Part shown: in pieces, positions 10,765-22,092 of the stretch
Layout: each line of letters opens with the position of its first letter
Position numbering within the stretch: the stretch's first letter is position 1
From: a virus
Lineage: Duplodnaviria > Caudoviricetes
DNA length: 64,000 bases
Direction: 5' to 3' (one strand)
Virus record (IMG/VR): IMGVR_UViG_3300025127_000001
Span: 562 to 64,561 of that record
The notes under the pieces: model-generated
The model's input: the letters and a program-made list of their open reading frames with translations, nothing else
Database searches by the model: none
Told to the model about the DNA's origin: nothing
Translations under genes and position numbers: made by a program

Positions 10765-11991
10765 ATGGCATTAACAGAAAACAACAGACAATATTACGAG
10801 GGTGCTCAAACCTTTAGAGGTGACGGAGTTAACACATCTTTTACAGCCACTTTTGATACTGGTTTAGTATATTATAGCTTAGATCCTACTAACAATAATT
10901 ATGCGTTAAACAACTTTAAGGTTTATGTAAGTCCTAGTGGTTTAAGTGGTACTTATGTAGAACAAACTAATGTAGAAATTGCTAGCGTAATAAATAATGT
11001 TATTGAATTTGCAGCTGCTCCAGCTGATGGTAATTATGTTGTAATACAACTTAAAACTTTAGATGGTGGTAAATACGGTAACAATGTTAGTGACAAAGCG
11101 TATGGTAATACTGTAGAAAATAATTATGGTGAATATCAATACATAAGTCTACAAGATGCAATACAAAACTTTATGGTTGGTTATGTAGGCGATGGTAAGT
11201 TAATACAAAAAGTAAAAAAATCTGATGTAATATTTTTTGCTAAACGAGCTTTACAAGAGTTTAGCTATGATACATTAAGAAGTATAAAATCAATGGAGCT
11301 AACTGTTCCAAATAGTGCTAGTATAATTTTACCTCAAGATTACGTAAACTATGTCAATGTAGCATGGTATGATAATGCTGGTATAAAACACCCTATATTC
11401 CCTGTAAATAATTTAACTATAAACCCTTACGAGTTACCATTACAAGATAATGCTGGTGTACCAATTCAAGATATTTACAATGTTAATATACAAGGTACAT
11501 CTATAGTGGAAGATAGATGGAGAACTAAAACCTCTGATTTTAACTTTAAAGATTTTATAGATAATACTTGGTTAGGTTACGCATTGTATTATGGAGACTG
11601 GGGATTTGGTTTATATTCTGGCTGGGGTGAATTATATGGCTTAGAGCCACAATATGCCAACATGAATGGTTACTTTAGTTTAAATGATAGAGAAGGTAAG
11701 ATGTCTTTTTCATCTGACTTAGTAAATCAAATAATTGTTTTAGAATATATATCTGATGGTTTAGCAGACAGTATGGATACTAAGATACCTAAGCTAGCAG
11801 AAGATGCTTTATATGCTGCTATATCACACTCTATAATAGCTTCAAGAATAAACCAACCAGAATATATAGTTGCTAGACTTAAAAAAGAAAGATACGCTAA
11901 ACTAAGAAACGCTAAAATAAGACTTTCAAATATAAAACTTGAAGAAATTGTTCAGGTTATGAGAGGTAAATCTAAATGGATTAAACACTAA
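10765..11991 (+). CDS. Putative tail ring/adaptor protein
   Basis: 'LPQDYVNYV' and 'IPKLAEDALYA' motifs like podoviral adaptor proteins. Confidence 0.55.
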   Translation: MALTENNRQYYEGAQTFRGDGVNTSFTATFDTGLVYYSLDPTNNNYALNNFKVYVSPSGLSGTYVEQTNVEIASVINNVIEFAAAPADGNYVVIQLKTLDGGKYGNNVSDKAYGNTVENNYGEYQYISLQDAIQNFMVGYVGDGKLIQKVKKSDVIFFAKRALQEFSYDTLRSIKSMELTVPNSASIILPQDYVNYVNVAWYDNAGIKHPIFPVNNLTINPYELPLQDNAGVPIQDIYNVNIQGTSIVEDRWRTKTSDFNFKDFIDNTWLGYALYYGDWGFGLYSGWGELYGLEPQYANMNGYFSLNDREGKMSFSSDLVNQIIVLEYISDGLADSMDTKIPKLAEDALYAAISHSIIASRINQPEYIVARLKKERYAKLRNAKIRLSNIKLEEIVQVMRGKSKWIKH

Positions 11992-11997
11992 AATTAA

Positions 11998-14900
11998 ATG
12001 GCTGAGGTTAAAAATGCTTTTATAAAGTCTAAAATGAATAAAGACCTAGACGCAAGGTTGTTGCCGTCTGGAGAATATAGAGACGCTCAGAACGTAGCCA
12101 TTAGTAGATCAGAAGGGCCAAATGTAGGAGCACTTGAAACTATTTTAGGAAACGAAGTTGCAACACAATTGCAACGAGATATAGAGATAACCATGTCAAC
12201 CATAATAGATAATGGTGATGGTACTCTTGTTATTGACGCGCCCGTGCAAAGTTCTCCTAATTACGAGTTATATAATATATTTCCTAATATGCTTATTACT
12301 GATGGAAATGTAATTGGTACTATAACAGGTGTTGTTCAAACTGTTTCTTTGGATGTTAGGTTTAACTCAGCGGCTGATGCTGCAATTTTTGAAGCTAGCA
12401 ATAGCGCTACTATAAACTGGGCTAATGGCGATGAAAATGCTCCAATTGTAAAACCTTTAAAAATAATAGGTACAAACCAAGACTTAACAAACGAAATTGT
12501 TTACATATTCGCAACAGATTATGTTGATACTTCTAACAACGGTTTATTGTTTCCTTCTGTAAAAGAAAATGCTTTACAGCCTTTTAGTACAGAAAAAGTT
12601 GGTACAGGTTTTATATATAGATATGATTTAAAAACCCCTACAGTTAGACCAGATATTTTAGTATATGGTTCTTGGTTAAATTTTGCTCAAAACTTTCCAA
12701 TATTAAATTCTAATTTATTAGAAAATTTATTATTTTGGACAGACAATAGAAATCAACCTAGAGTTATAAATGTAGATACTGCTTTTAGTAATAGTAATGC
12801 TACGGCAGGTACTAACAATTGGCAAAATCCTTATTATAGAAATGAAGATCATGTTAGTGTTGCTAAATTTGCACCGTATCAACCAATAGAATTATGGAAA
12901 AGATTTGATCAAGCTGATGCTGGCTATAATTTTTCAGGAGCATCTACGCAAACTACAATGAGAGATGTTGTAAGTTTATATGCTGTTAATGGAGGTACTA
13001 GTGAAGTCACAGCTGATTATGCTGCTGGTGTTGGTACTATAAATATAAACACTGCTAGTGTTAATGGTTTTTATGAAGGTTTATCAAATGATACACTGGT
13101 AGATATGACTGTTTGGTATTTTAAACAAGATCCAAACAACCCAGCGGTTCCACCAGTGTTAACAGACACAGGTTGCACGGTTCAACAATTTCAACCTAAC
13201 ACAGGTGATGTAATATTAAACGGCACATTAGCAGATCAGATGTATGCTGGTAATCAAGTTATCTTTAATATAAATCCTTTTTATATTGATAATTACCCAG
13301 GTGATCCTAATTTTTTAGAAGATAAATTTGTTAGATTTAGTTATAGGTTTAAATATGATGATGGTGAATACTCTATCTTTGCACCATTTACACAGATTGC
13401 TTTTATGTCAAAGCAAAATGGTTTTTTTATAGGAACTGAAGATGAAAACTTCAAAGATGAAGATGATGCGTATAGAAGTTCTGTAGTTGAATTTATGGAA
13501 AACCAAGTAACAAATATCTTGCTTAGGATACCGATGCCTAATACAATTACTAGTATAGCATCTTCACCCACGTACATGAGGTGTAATACACTGCAAACAA
13601 GTCTTAAGGTAAAAGAAATAGATATACTTTTTAGAGAGGCTGGCACGCTACCTGTTAAAGTTTTAGAAACAATTAAAATAGAGGAAATAGCTAGTGAAGG
13701 TGGTAATGATACTTATTATGAATATAACTACCAGTCTAGAAAACCTTTCAAAACATTACCTGAAAGTGAACTCATAAGGGTGTTTGATAAAATACCGGTT
13801 AGAGCAAAGTCTCAAGAGATAATAAGCAACAGAGTTGTTTATGGTAACTACGTAGACAAACTAACTCCACCTGCTGATATTAACTACAACGTTGGTATAT
13901 CAGATAAGTTTCCTTTAACAACAGCTGGTTTAGTTGATGGTCAATACTCTTCTATAGTAGAATATCCTCAACACAGTGTTAAACACAATAGGAGTTATCA
14001 AGTTGGTATTATATTATCTGATAGATACGGTAGACAATCAAGTGTTATATTATCTTCTAACAAAAACGAAGTATTACAAAATAGTATTAATTTTGGTGGA
14101 TCAACATTATACGCTGCATATAGAAGTAAGTTGAGTATTGAAAATGAATCATCTACGTTAGACTGGCCAGGTGATTCTCTTAAAATTGTTTTTAATGAAG
14201 AGATACTTAGTAGCTTTCTTCCTATAGGTGAAAATGGTCCGTCAGATCAATTTAACGGTGAACCAGGAATATTTAGTTATGATGAATCAATTTCAGCTGG
14301 TGTTGCTGGCTCTGCAGGTTTTGTACCGGGTGGTTGGCATTCTTACAAAGTTGTTGTAAAACAAAACGAACAAGAGTATTATAACGTTTATTTACCTGGT
14401 ATTATAAATGGTTATCCAGCTAACTCTGATAGTTTTGGTATAGAAATAGGGGAAACAGCTTTTAGTACTTTACTAGCAGACAATATAAATAAAATACCTA
14501 GAGATTTATCAGAAGTAGGACCTGATCAAAGACAGTTTAGAAGTTCAGTTAGACTATTTGGTAGAGTAGAAAACGGTGGTGAAAACTTAAGCTTTTCATT
14601 ACCACCTTTTAACACTCAATATTATCCTGGTAGAGCATCACATAGTGTAGATGCTATTGGTGTATCAACTGAAATAAACCCACCTCAAGACTCAACGAAT
14701 CCAACATCTTTAAGTATATACCAAGGTAGCACAAGACCTTATATGATGAGATTGTCTACAAACAAAAGCATCGGAGAAGAAGATGTTAATCCTGCTGGTC
14801 CTGGTAATGTAGACTTTCCACATTTAGCTGTATATGAAACTAACCCTGTTATATCAAATATTGATATATACTGGGAAACTAGTACTACAGGTTATTTACC

Positions 14901-17319
14901 TGAGTTAAATTATTTAATACAAACAACTGTTGGTGCGCCGACTGGTATAACAAACCCAAACCCTTCATGGAGAGAAAATCAAAGAGACGGTGGTGGTACG
15001 CAAACAGGTGCAGTTGATTCTAAATTTTTAACTGATAGCTTTAGAGCTATAGACGATGCTAACCAGATAACGGGTTATTTTAGATATGTTTCTGGTACAT
15101 TTAGAGCATTAAGTGGTGGTAGTAATCAAGTAGATTATGGTGATGCTAGCGCTAATCCTTGGTTTGAAATTATTGAAAATGGTGATTCTACTCAAGGTAC
15201 TTATGACATAAGAATAGCTTTAACAACAACAGGGCAAGATAGTGTTTGTTATGATAATGGTTCTAGTGTAACAGATCAATTCACTTTTGAATTTGGTTTA
15301 GAATTATACGATCCAAATACGTCTACTTTTAATGGTTCTGTTACTACTCGTAACATACTTATATCTTTAGAAAATATAGCACCTACAATAACTAACTGTA
15401 GTAACCCTAGTGCTTTTTTACCACCATTAAGTTATCCTGTTACCGTTAAAGATTTAGATGGTATAAATGGTTGTTATGCCACTGCTTTAGATCAAACTGA
15501 TTTAGTGTGGTTGTTTGATGTTCCAAATCAAAACCCGTCTAATACTATAACAATGATTGATGGCTCGATATTTAATATATCAACAGCTGGAACTATAACA
15601 TTAGAAAATAGTGGTATTTCTCCTGCTGGTAGTTACGTATTAAATGTAATACTAGCAGACGCAAATCAAGGCACCGGTTTTGATACTGATACTTGTACAG
15701 TTGTAGCTACATGGGGAAAAGATCCTGCTTGTGTAGGTTTTTATTTTAATAACCCAGTAGTAGGCGGTGGACCATGGTCTCAAAGTTTTGGTGGTTCTGG
15801 TTTTTATGGAGGTAGTACAAATGTTTATATGGTAGAAGATCCTGCTACGGATTCAGATATACCATTAATAATACAACCATGTATGTTTCAGTCAGCACCT
15901 CAAGGTGGAAATTGTTTTGCACCAACGAGCTTTTTTAGCGGTGGTGGTTATGATCCAGCAACTGATGTTGGACCAGCTTTAAGCACTGTTAACACTAGCG
16001 GTAGTGGTAGTGGTACAGGTATAACGGTAACCATACAAGATGCTGCGGGTGGGCAAGTACAAAGGGTTATATATAACCCCGGAACAGGTTCTAATTATAA
16101 TGAAGGTGATGTAATACAAATAAACAGATCAACAGGTAACTTACCAACAACACCATCTACATTTGAATATAGACCAGGTGGTTCTGTACCTTATACTGGT
16201 TGCTCTGGATTAACCCCTGTTGGTGGTGCTCCTACTCAATATTCTGATTGTAGTCTTTCTCAACAAGTTTTTACAGTTGTTAAGAACGAAGGCTATAGTG
16301 ATGCTTCGCCTTGTAAATGTGAAGGTGAAGATTACACTATATTAAATCCTAATGCTGGATTTTATTTCTGGTATGGTATGGCTAGTTTTCAGTCTTATGA
16401 TGCAAATGGTTCTTACAACGGTATACAATATCAATATGTAGGATCTACAGGTACAAAGGGAGGTACAATGTATTATAGAGATCCAAATGGATATAGCGGA
16501 ACTGTTGTAGCCAACTGGCAAATAGCTACAGACATAGATGGTGTATTAGCTCAATATAGAGGTTATTACCAGTCAGATACTGTTGCAACAACACCTAGTA
16601 GCGCGCCGTATGGTGGTGGCTTAATTAACAACCAAGGTGGTAGTTTTGCTGATTTTGAATTTGTTACTAATGCTAATTTTACGTTTCAGAATAGTCAAGT
16701 TTATGGTGGTAGATATTTTGCTTTCAATGTGCCTGGTGAATATAAGTTTATAAGTGAACGTTTAGATTCTACTAGATCTTTTGATTTTACTAGCAATTGT
16801 GCCGGTGGAGCTGGTTGTACAGCATCAGTGCCAGCATGTTGTCAAGGAACTAATGGTTCAGGTTTAGATTTAACTATGCCAGAAGTAATGGAAACAGATT
16901 TTGTAATGGGTGACGCTTATTATGATTCAAATGTTTGTCTTGCTCCAGCAGGTCAAGAATCTTTATATTCACCTATTTTTTCTACTAAATACTATGTGGC
17001 TAACGCATCACAAACTTCTGGTGGAAGTTCACCTACTGGTAATGGTCAATATACTTTATGGGCACAAGGTTATTTAACTAAATATGTGCAGGAATTTTTT
17101 ACTGATAAAGAGTTAACTAACAAATGGACTCCGCCTTCAGGAGCTGCGTACTTTGCTTGGAAATATGGAGGTGAAGTTTTCCAAAACGGAACAGTACAAA
17201 CAAGAAATGACTCTGCTCCAAATGAATATGGTAATCAATGGTATCATGCTCAGTTCAGTGGACAAGGTGACAAACAAGGTGCTGCAATTAGTTTAAACTT
17301 AAGTAATACAACAGCATAA
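11998..17319 (+). CDS. Tail nozzle/stabilisation protein with large C-terminal extension
   Basis: 'KMNKDLD.RLLP.GEYRDA.N', 'LFWTDNRNQPR.IN', 'F.YRFKY.DGEYS'; G/S/T/C-rich C-terminal region. Confidence 0.7.
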   Translation: MAEVKNAFIKSKMNKDLDARLLPSGEYRDAQNVAISRSEGPNVGALETILGNEVATQLQRDIEITMSTIIDNGDGTLVIDAPVQSSPNYELYNIFPNMLITDGNVIGTITGVVQTVSLDVRFNSAADAAIFEASNSATINWANGDENAPIVKPLKIIGTNQDLTNEIVYIFATDYVDTSNNGLLFPSVKENALQPFSTEKVGTGFIYRYDLKTPTVRPDILVYGSWLNFAQNFPILNSNLLENLLFWTDNRNQPRVINVDTAFSNSNATAGTNNWQNPYYRNEDHVSVAKFAPYQPIELWKRFDQADAGYNFSGASTQTTMRDVVSLYAVNGGTSEVTADYAAGVGTININTASVNGFYEGLSNDTLVDMTVWYFKQDPNNPAVPPVLTDTGCTVQQFQPNTGDVILNGTLADQMYAGNQVIFNINPFYIDNYPGDPNFLEDKFVRFSYRFKYDDGEYSIFAPFTQIAFMSKQNGFFIGTEDENFKDEDDAYRSSVVEFMENQVTNILLRIPMPNTITSIASSPTYMRCNTLQTSLKVKEIDILFREAGTLPVKVLETIKIEEIASEGGNDTYYEYNYQSRKPFKTLPESELIRVFDKIPVRAKSQEIISNRVVYGNYVDKLTPPADINYNVGISDKFPLTTAGLVDGQYSSIVEYPQHSVKHNRSYQVGIILSDRYGRQSSVILSSNKNEVLQNSINFGGSTLYAAYRSKLSIENESSTLDWPGDSLKIVFNEEILSSFLPIGENGPSDQFNGEPGIFSYDESISAGVAGSAGFVPGGWHSYKVVVKQNEQEYYNVYLPGIINGYPANSDSFGIEIGETAFSTLLADNINKIPRDLSEVGPDQRQFRSSVRLFGRVENGGENLSFSLPPFNTQYYPGRASHSVDAIGVSTEINPPQDSTNPTSLSIYQGSTRPYMMRLSTNKSIGEEDVNPAGPGNVDFPHLAVYETNPVISNIDIYWETSTTGYLPELNYLIQTTVGAPTGITNPNPSWRENQRDGGGTQTGAVDSKFLTDSFRAIDDANQITGYFRYVSGTFRALSGGSNQVDYGDASANPWFEIIENGDSTQGTYDIRIALTTTGQDSVCYDNGSSVTDQFTFEFGLELYDPNTSTFNGSVTTRNILISLENIAPTITNCSNPSAFLPPLSYPVTVKDLDGINGCYATALDQTDLVWLFDVPNQNPSNTITMIDGSIFNISTAGTITLENSGISPAGSYVLNVILADANQGTGFDTDTCTVVATWGKDPACVGFYFNNPVVGGGPWSQSFGGSGFYGGSTNVYMVEDPATDSDIPLIIQPCMFQSAPQGGNCFAPTSFFSGGGYDPATDVGPALSTVNTSGSGSGTGITVTIQDAAGGQVQRVIYNPGTGSNYNEGDVIQINRSTGNLPTTPSTFEYRPGGSVPYTGCSGLTPVGGAPTQYSDCSLSQQVFTVVKNEGYSDASPCKCEGEDYTILNPNAGFYFWYGMASFQSYDANGSYNGIQYQYVGSTGTKGGTMYYRDPNGYSGTVVANWQIATDIDGVLAQYRGYYQSDTVATTPSSAPYGGGLINNQGGSFADFEFVTNANFTFQNSQVYGGRYFAFNVPGEYKFISERLDSTRSFDFTSNCAGGAGCTASVPACCQGTNGSGLDLTMPEVMETDFVMGDAYYDSNVCLAPAGQESLYSPIFSTKYYVANASQTSGGSSPTGNGQYTLWAQGYLTKYVQEFFTDKELTNKWTPPSGAAYFAWKYGGEVFQNGTVQTRNDSAPNEYGNQWYHAQFSGQGDKQGAAISLNLSNTTA

Positions 17320-17320
17320 T

Positions 17321-18982
17321 ATGGGATATATAGTTGAAGTAAAATATTTTAATACCTTTTTATTAAAAAGAGTTATGAATGAAGCTGGTACTAGAGGTCA
17401 TTGGCCTAACCTAGTTACAGCTACAGGCGCTAATAATTATCCTACAAAGCTACAGTTTAACTTAAATGCTGGTACTGGTGGTGTTAGTGGGCAAGCAGAA
17501 ACTAACCAAACTATAGTACCTGTTGGAGCTACTAGTTTTTTAGTAACAAATCCAACTGGAAACATTGTTGTTGGAGCTAGAATAGATTCTCAAACAGCTG
17601 GTATACCTTCATTTACAACTGTGTCTAGTATAACTACAAACGCGCAAGGTGATATTACAGGTATATCTATAAGCCAACAAATAACACAAAACTTACCTAA
17701 TGGTACTGTTTTAAACTTTACATTTCCTATATCCGAAAACAACTGGGCTATTGAAGAATCAAGAATACGAGGTGGTTATAATAACACATCGACTGATTAT
17801 GGTGTAAAAGCTTATTTGGTAGAAGAAGAACCTAACGCTGCATTAAGAGGCAACTCATTAATATACTCTGGTATATTTAATTCTAGAACAGGTATAAATC
17901 AAACCAACGTATTTAATGTTGGTGAAGAAATAACTAAGTCAGCAGATCCAGCTAATGGTACTATACAAAAATTATACGCTGAAGATACTAACTTAATTAT
18001 ATTCCAGGAAAACAAAGTAAGTAGAGCTCTTATAGATAAAGACGCTATATACAATGCTGAAGGTGGTGGTAACGTTACTTCTGTCAACACAACAATAGGT
18101 ACAATACAACCGTACGCTGGTAACTACGGTATCAGTAATAACCCTGAAAGTTTTGCTGTATATGGTTATAGAAAATACTTTACCGATAAAGATAGAAATG
18201 CTGTACTTAGATTATCAATGGACGGTATTACTGAAATATCTAACTATGGTATGTATGATTATTTTAGAGATGAGCTAAGTAGTTTAGGTAGTGGTAAGGC
18301 AATAGGCGGTTGGGATATACACAACAAAATGTATACAGTATCATTACAATATTCTACAGCTGCAGGTGAAACAACTAGAACTCTTGCTTTTGATGAGCAA
18401 GTTAATGGTTGGCCTAGTTTCTTTAGCTATAAACCAGATAATTTATTTTGGCTAAACAATGGTTTTTATTCTACAACAGGTCAATATGTATATAAGCATT
18501 ATTCTAACAATGTAAACCCTGGTAATTTTTATGGATATGATCATAAATCTTCTATAACTTTTATATTTAATCCTAAGGTTAGTGTATCTAAGTTATTTAA
18601 AACTATAAATTATGAAGGAGATAGTGGTTGGACTGTTAGTAATATAACAACATCTGAAAACGATAGTGGTAATAGTATATACAGTTATGTTGAAGGTGCT
18701 TATGATAGTAGTAATCCACCTGTAACAGGTAACGCGGCTTTCGCTGCTACAGCTAATCAACCAATTAGATTTGCTGGTTTTATGAAACAAGAAGGTAAAT
18801 ATAAAGCGGAAATAAAAAACATAAGTTCTGCTACATACGGTGAGATAAGGTTTGGAGTAAGCATGACAGGGGTAAAAGGTTACTATTCTACTGTAACTAT
18901 AGAAACAGATAGTGTCACTAGCCCGTCAACAGTTAAAGAATTATTTGCTGTATCTAGTGAGTATGTAGAATCATATTACTAA
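17321..18982 (+). CDS. Tail stabilisation protein (beta-propeller-type)
   Basis: 'GNYGISNNPESFA.YG...YFTD..R.AVLRLS.DGITEIS' motif. Confidence 0.65.
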   Translation: MGYIVEVKYFNTFLLKRVMNEAGTRGHWPNLVTATGANNYPTKLQFNLNAGTGGVSGQAETNQTIVPVGATSFLVTNPTGNIVVGARIDSQTAGIPSFTTVSSITTNAQGDITGISISQQITQNLPNGTVLNFTFPISENNWAIEESRIRGGYNNTSTDYGVKAYLVEEEPNAALRGNSLIYSGIFNSRTGINQTNVFNVGEEITKSADPANGTIQKLYAEDTNLIIFQENKVSRALIDKDAIYNAEGGGNVTSVNTTIGTIQPYAGNYGISNNPESFAVYGYRKYFTDKDRNAVLRLSMDGITEISNYGMYDYFRDELSSLGSGKAIGGWDIHNKMYTVSLQYSTAAGETTRTLAFDEQVNGWPSFFSYKPDNLFWLNNGFYSTTGQYVYKHYSNNVNPGNFYGYDHKSSITFIFNPKVSVSKLFKTINYEGDSGWTVSNITTSENDSGNSIYSYVEGAYDSSNPPVTGNAAFAATANQPIRFAGFMKQEGKYKAEIKNISSATYGEIRFGVSMTGVKGYYSTVTIETDSVTSPSTVKELFAVSSEYVESYY

Positions 18983-18991
18983 TTTAATTTA

Positions 18992-19387
18992 ATGGAAATA
19001 AGAAGAATTAAAGAATCTGACTTTAATACTATTGGACAGTGGTGGATAGATCATGGTGGTAAAATACCTGATAAAGAGTTCTTACCACATGAAGGTACCG
19101 GTGGATTTATAGTTAGTTCAAAAGAAAAAGATATTGCTGCAGGGTATTTATATTTTACCAATGCTAGTATAGCATATGTAGATTTTTTAATATCAGACAA
19201 GCATTATAAAGAAAAAGATAAACACGATGCTATAGTTTATCTTATAGATTTTATGGTTAAACTAGGTTTAAAAAGAGGTTGTAAATTTGTTTGGGCAACT
19301 TCTAAAATAAGCGGAGTTGTAAACAAATGTAAAGAACTAGGTTATGACTTAATAAAAGGTCATACATTAATATATAAACACAAATAA
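18992..19387 (+). CDS. GNAT-fold acetyltransferase-like protein
   Basis: 131 aa with GNAT-like pattern (IRR...DF, AAGYLY, KELGY); typical position before ejection genes. Confidence 0.5.
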   Translation: MEIRRIKESDFNTIGQWWIDHGGKIPDKEFLPHEGTGGFIVSSKEKDIAAGYLYFTNASIAYVDFLISDKHYKEKDKHDAIVYLIDFMVKLGLKRGCKFVWATSKISGVVNKCKELGYDLIKGHTLIYKHK

Positions 19388-19388
19388 T

Positions 19389-20096
19389 ATGGGAGGAGTA
19401 GGATCAACTATTGGTGGTATCATCGGTGGTATATCTGCTAAAAATGAAGCCGATAGAGCTTATCGTTCAGCGTCTCAAGAGCAAGCAAGACGTGAAGCAG
19501 AATTAAACTCGCTTGAAGCAAGTAGACAGCCTATTGTTAATCCTTATGCTAACTATTCAGACCTTAGTGATATGGCTGCTAATCTTGGTGACATGGTTAG
19601 TAATCCTTTTGCTAACATGGGTGTTGCTACTCAAGCTGCTAAAATGCAAGCAGAAGAAGCTGATATATCTTTAGCTAATACTTTAGACACATTACGAGCT
19701 ACAGGTGCTGGAGCGGGTGGTGCAACTGCATTAGCTCAAGCCGCATTAAGAAGTAAGAAAGGCGTTGCTGCTAGTATAGAACAACAAGAAGCTCAAAACG
19801 AAAAGCTAGCTGCACAAGGACAACAAAATATGGAACGTATGCAAATGCAAGAAGCTCAACGTGTACAAGCTATACAAATATCAGAAGGTCAAAGATTACA
19901 GGCTGGCGAAGCAGCTGGTGCTGATTATACGTTCAGAGCTCGTGAAGGTAGAGAGGTAGCTAAAATGGATAGAGTTGCTGGATTAGCAGACAGAGCGTAT
20001 TACGAAAAAAGAGAAGCTAAAGCCGCTAGCCAAGCAGCGTTTGGTAACATCATGAGTGGTGTAGGTGGTTTAGCAGATTCATTATTTCCAGGTTAA
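19389..20096 (+). CDS. Internal virion/ejection protein
   Basis: Gly-rich hydrophobic N-terminus, A/Q-rich coiled coil. Confidence 0.6.
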   Translation: MGGVGSTIGGIIGGISAKNEADRAYRSASQEQARREAELNSLEASRQPIVNPYANYSDLSDMAANLGDMVSNPFANMGVATQAAKMQAEEADISLANTLDTLRATGAGAGGATALAQAALRSKKGVAASIEQQEAQNEKLAAQGQQNMERMQMQEAQRVQAIQISEGQRLQAGEAAGADYTFRAREGREVAKMDRVAGLADRAYYEKREAKAASQAAFGNIMSGVGGLADSLFPG

Positions 20097-20106
20097 AAAA
20101 TAAATT

Positions 20107-22083
20107 ATGAGTTATAGAGATCCGGCAAAGCCAACAGGAGTAAACCCTTACATGGTAGGAGTTCAACAATCTCAAGCATTAATAAATAGAGGTCTTAAGC
20201 AAATGGCAGCTACGCAAGAACGTAGACGTCAAGAGATACAAGAGATGCAAGAGAGGGAATATAAAATTGATCAATGGAAAATTGGTCAAATAAATCAATT
20301 AAACAAACTTGAGGATATTCCTAACGTTGACCTATCTGTAAAGAACATGCTAGCTTCTCAAGTTAATTACGCAGCTCAAGCGCAAATGTATTTAGCTACT
20401 CAATTTGGTGATGATGAAAAAAGAGCTGAAGCTAGAGATGTAATAACAAATTACCAAAGCTTACTAACAGAGACTGGTGAATTTGCTGGCAGCTGGGACG
20501 CGAACACTAAGTTATGGAATGATAAGTATTTATCATTAAACCAACCGGGTGGAATACGTTTGGTTGGTGATCCGGGCACAGAAGAAGGTAGAAAAGAACT
20601 TAAAGAAAATCAGTGGCTACTAGACGTATTGTCTGGTAGATTTAACCAAGGAACTTCAGTTGATGTAGTGTATGATCAAGACGCTAAAGACCTTAGAATG
20701 AACATTAAAGGCTCTGATATTAATGGAGAAAAATATGATAAATCTATACTAGGTAAAGAGTGGTTGAAGCTTATGAACTCTGCAGATGGTTATGAGTTTA
20801 TTGTTGATGTACCTAAAGGTCCAACTGTTATGATTGAAAAAATGCAGGCAATGACTAACAATGAAGGTGCTCCTATAATGAATCCAAATAAAGCTTTAGA
20901 TGAAAGTCTTTATTTAAACAAACCTCAAGGTGATAAGCAAATGATAAACGCAAATGCTTTAAGAGGTTTATTAGTTGCTGAAGCAAATCAAATGGTTAGT
21001 GGTATTGTATTTGGTGCTAAAGGAAATCAAATGCCTGAATCCTTTTATAATTATACTTTAAAACAAGCTACTGATAGTAATAGCTGGTCAAATAATTTTG
21101 TACCAGACGCAGAAGCTTTAGCTAACAAATGGAACGCTGATAACGCAGAAGATATAAAAAACGGATTAAAAACAGCTAAGACAAGCGCTGATATTACTGT
21201 AGAACAATTAAGAGATATACTTATAGATCAAACAATAGCATCGATACCTAACTTAGAAGTATTAGGTGAATATGATAATAACGGTGTTTTTCAACCTACA
21301 CTAAAAGACGGTAAGAAACAATACTACTATAAGGTAGCTCCACAAAAACCTAAAGATGTAGACAAGCCAACATCAGCTGAAAGATCTGACAATGAAATTA
21401 TAAATGCTGTTGATGTTGCTTATGATAAAGCTAACAATGCTGATCCTGAAACAGACCCTATGGATATTGTAAACTCTTTACAGAATATTAATGGTTATAC
21501 TTTTGCGCCGTCAGAATCTGGTGATGCCTTAGTGTTTGATGTATTTAAAGATCAAATGGTAACAAAAGACGGTGAAAGATCAGAACAACCAGTTTTAGTA
21601 GATCAGTTTACGTTAGGCGATCCAGATGAATATCAAAGACTTATTAGAACATTAAATAAAGGTAGAATACCTACTACATCTGGTTATGACACTGTACCAA
21701 AATCTAGTCAATATGTAAATGATATGATTAAAGCTTTAGAAGGTAGTAGCTTAGATAAAATTATAGCAGATGTTGAAAAAGGTATTACTACAACAGATAT
21801 AGGTGAAACTGAAATGATGGGTGTATTGAACAATTTAAATGTTAATGTTAAAGGTTCTGATGGTAAAAGAAGTAAAGCTTCATTTAAAGAATTATTAGAA
21901 GACGCTGGTATTACATACCGTGAAGCTGTAGCTGGTAGTGATCAAATAGGTTTTGAAGGACCAGACGGTTTAACAAAAATAAAAATAGACGAAAACTTTT
22001 TAGATAATTTAATTAAGTATTTAAGAGACTCGCTAGGTGCAGCTGACGCTAAATCTTTAATAGAGAAGTATCTACAAAAATAA
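20107..22083 (+). CDS. Internal virion/ejection protein
   Basis: 658 aa between small and giant ejection-like genes. Confidence 0.55.
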   Translation: MSYRDPAKPTGVNPYMVGVQQSQALINRGLKQMAATQERRRQEIQEMQEREYKIDQWKIGQINQLNKLEDIPNVDLSVKNMLASQVNYAAQAQMYLATQFGDDEKRAEARDVITNYQSLLTETGEFAGSWDANTKLWNDKYLSLNQPGGIRLVGDPGTEEGRKELKENQWLLDVLSGRFNQGTSVDVVYDQDAKDLRMNIKGSDINGEKYDKSILGKEWLKLMNSADGYEFIVDVPKGPTVMIEKMQAMTNNEGAPIMNPNKALDESLYLNKPQGDKQMINANALRGLLVAEANQMVSGIVFGAKGNQMPESFYNYTLKQATDSNSWSNNFVPDAEALANKWNADNAEDIKNGLKTAKTSADITVEQLRDILIDQTIASIPNLEVLGEYDNNGVFQPTLKDGKKQYYYKVAPQKPKDVDKPTSAERSDNEIINAVDVAYDKANNADPETDPMDIVNSLQNINGYTFAPSESGDALVFDVFKDQMVTKDGERSEQPVLVDQFTLGDPDEYQRLIRTLNKGRIPTTSGYDTVPKSSQYVNDMIKALEGSSLDKIIADVEKGITTTDIGETEMMGVLNNLNVNVKGSDGKRSKASFKELLEDAGITYREAVAGSDQIGFEGPDGLTKIKIDENFLDNLIKYLRDSLGAADAKSLIEKYLQK

Positions 22084-22092
22084 CAATAAAAT

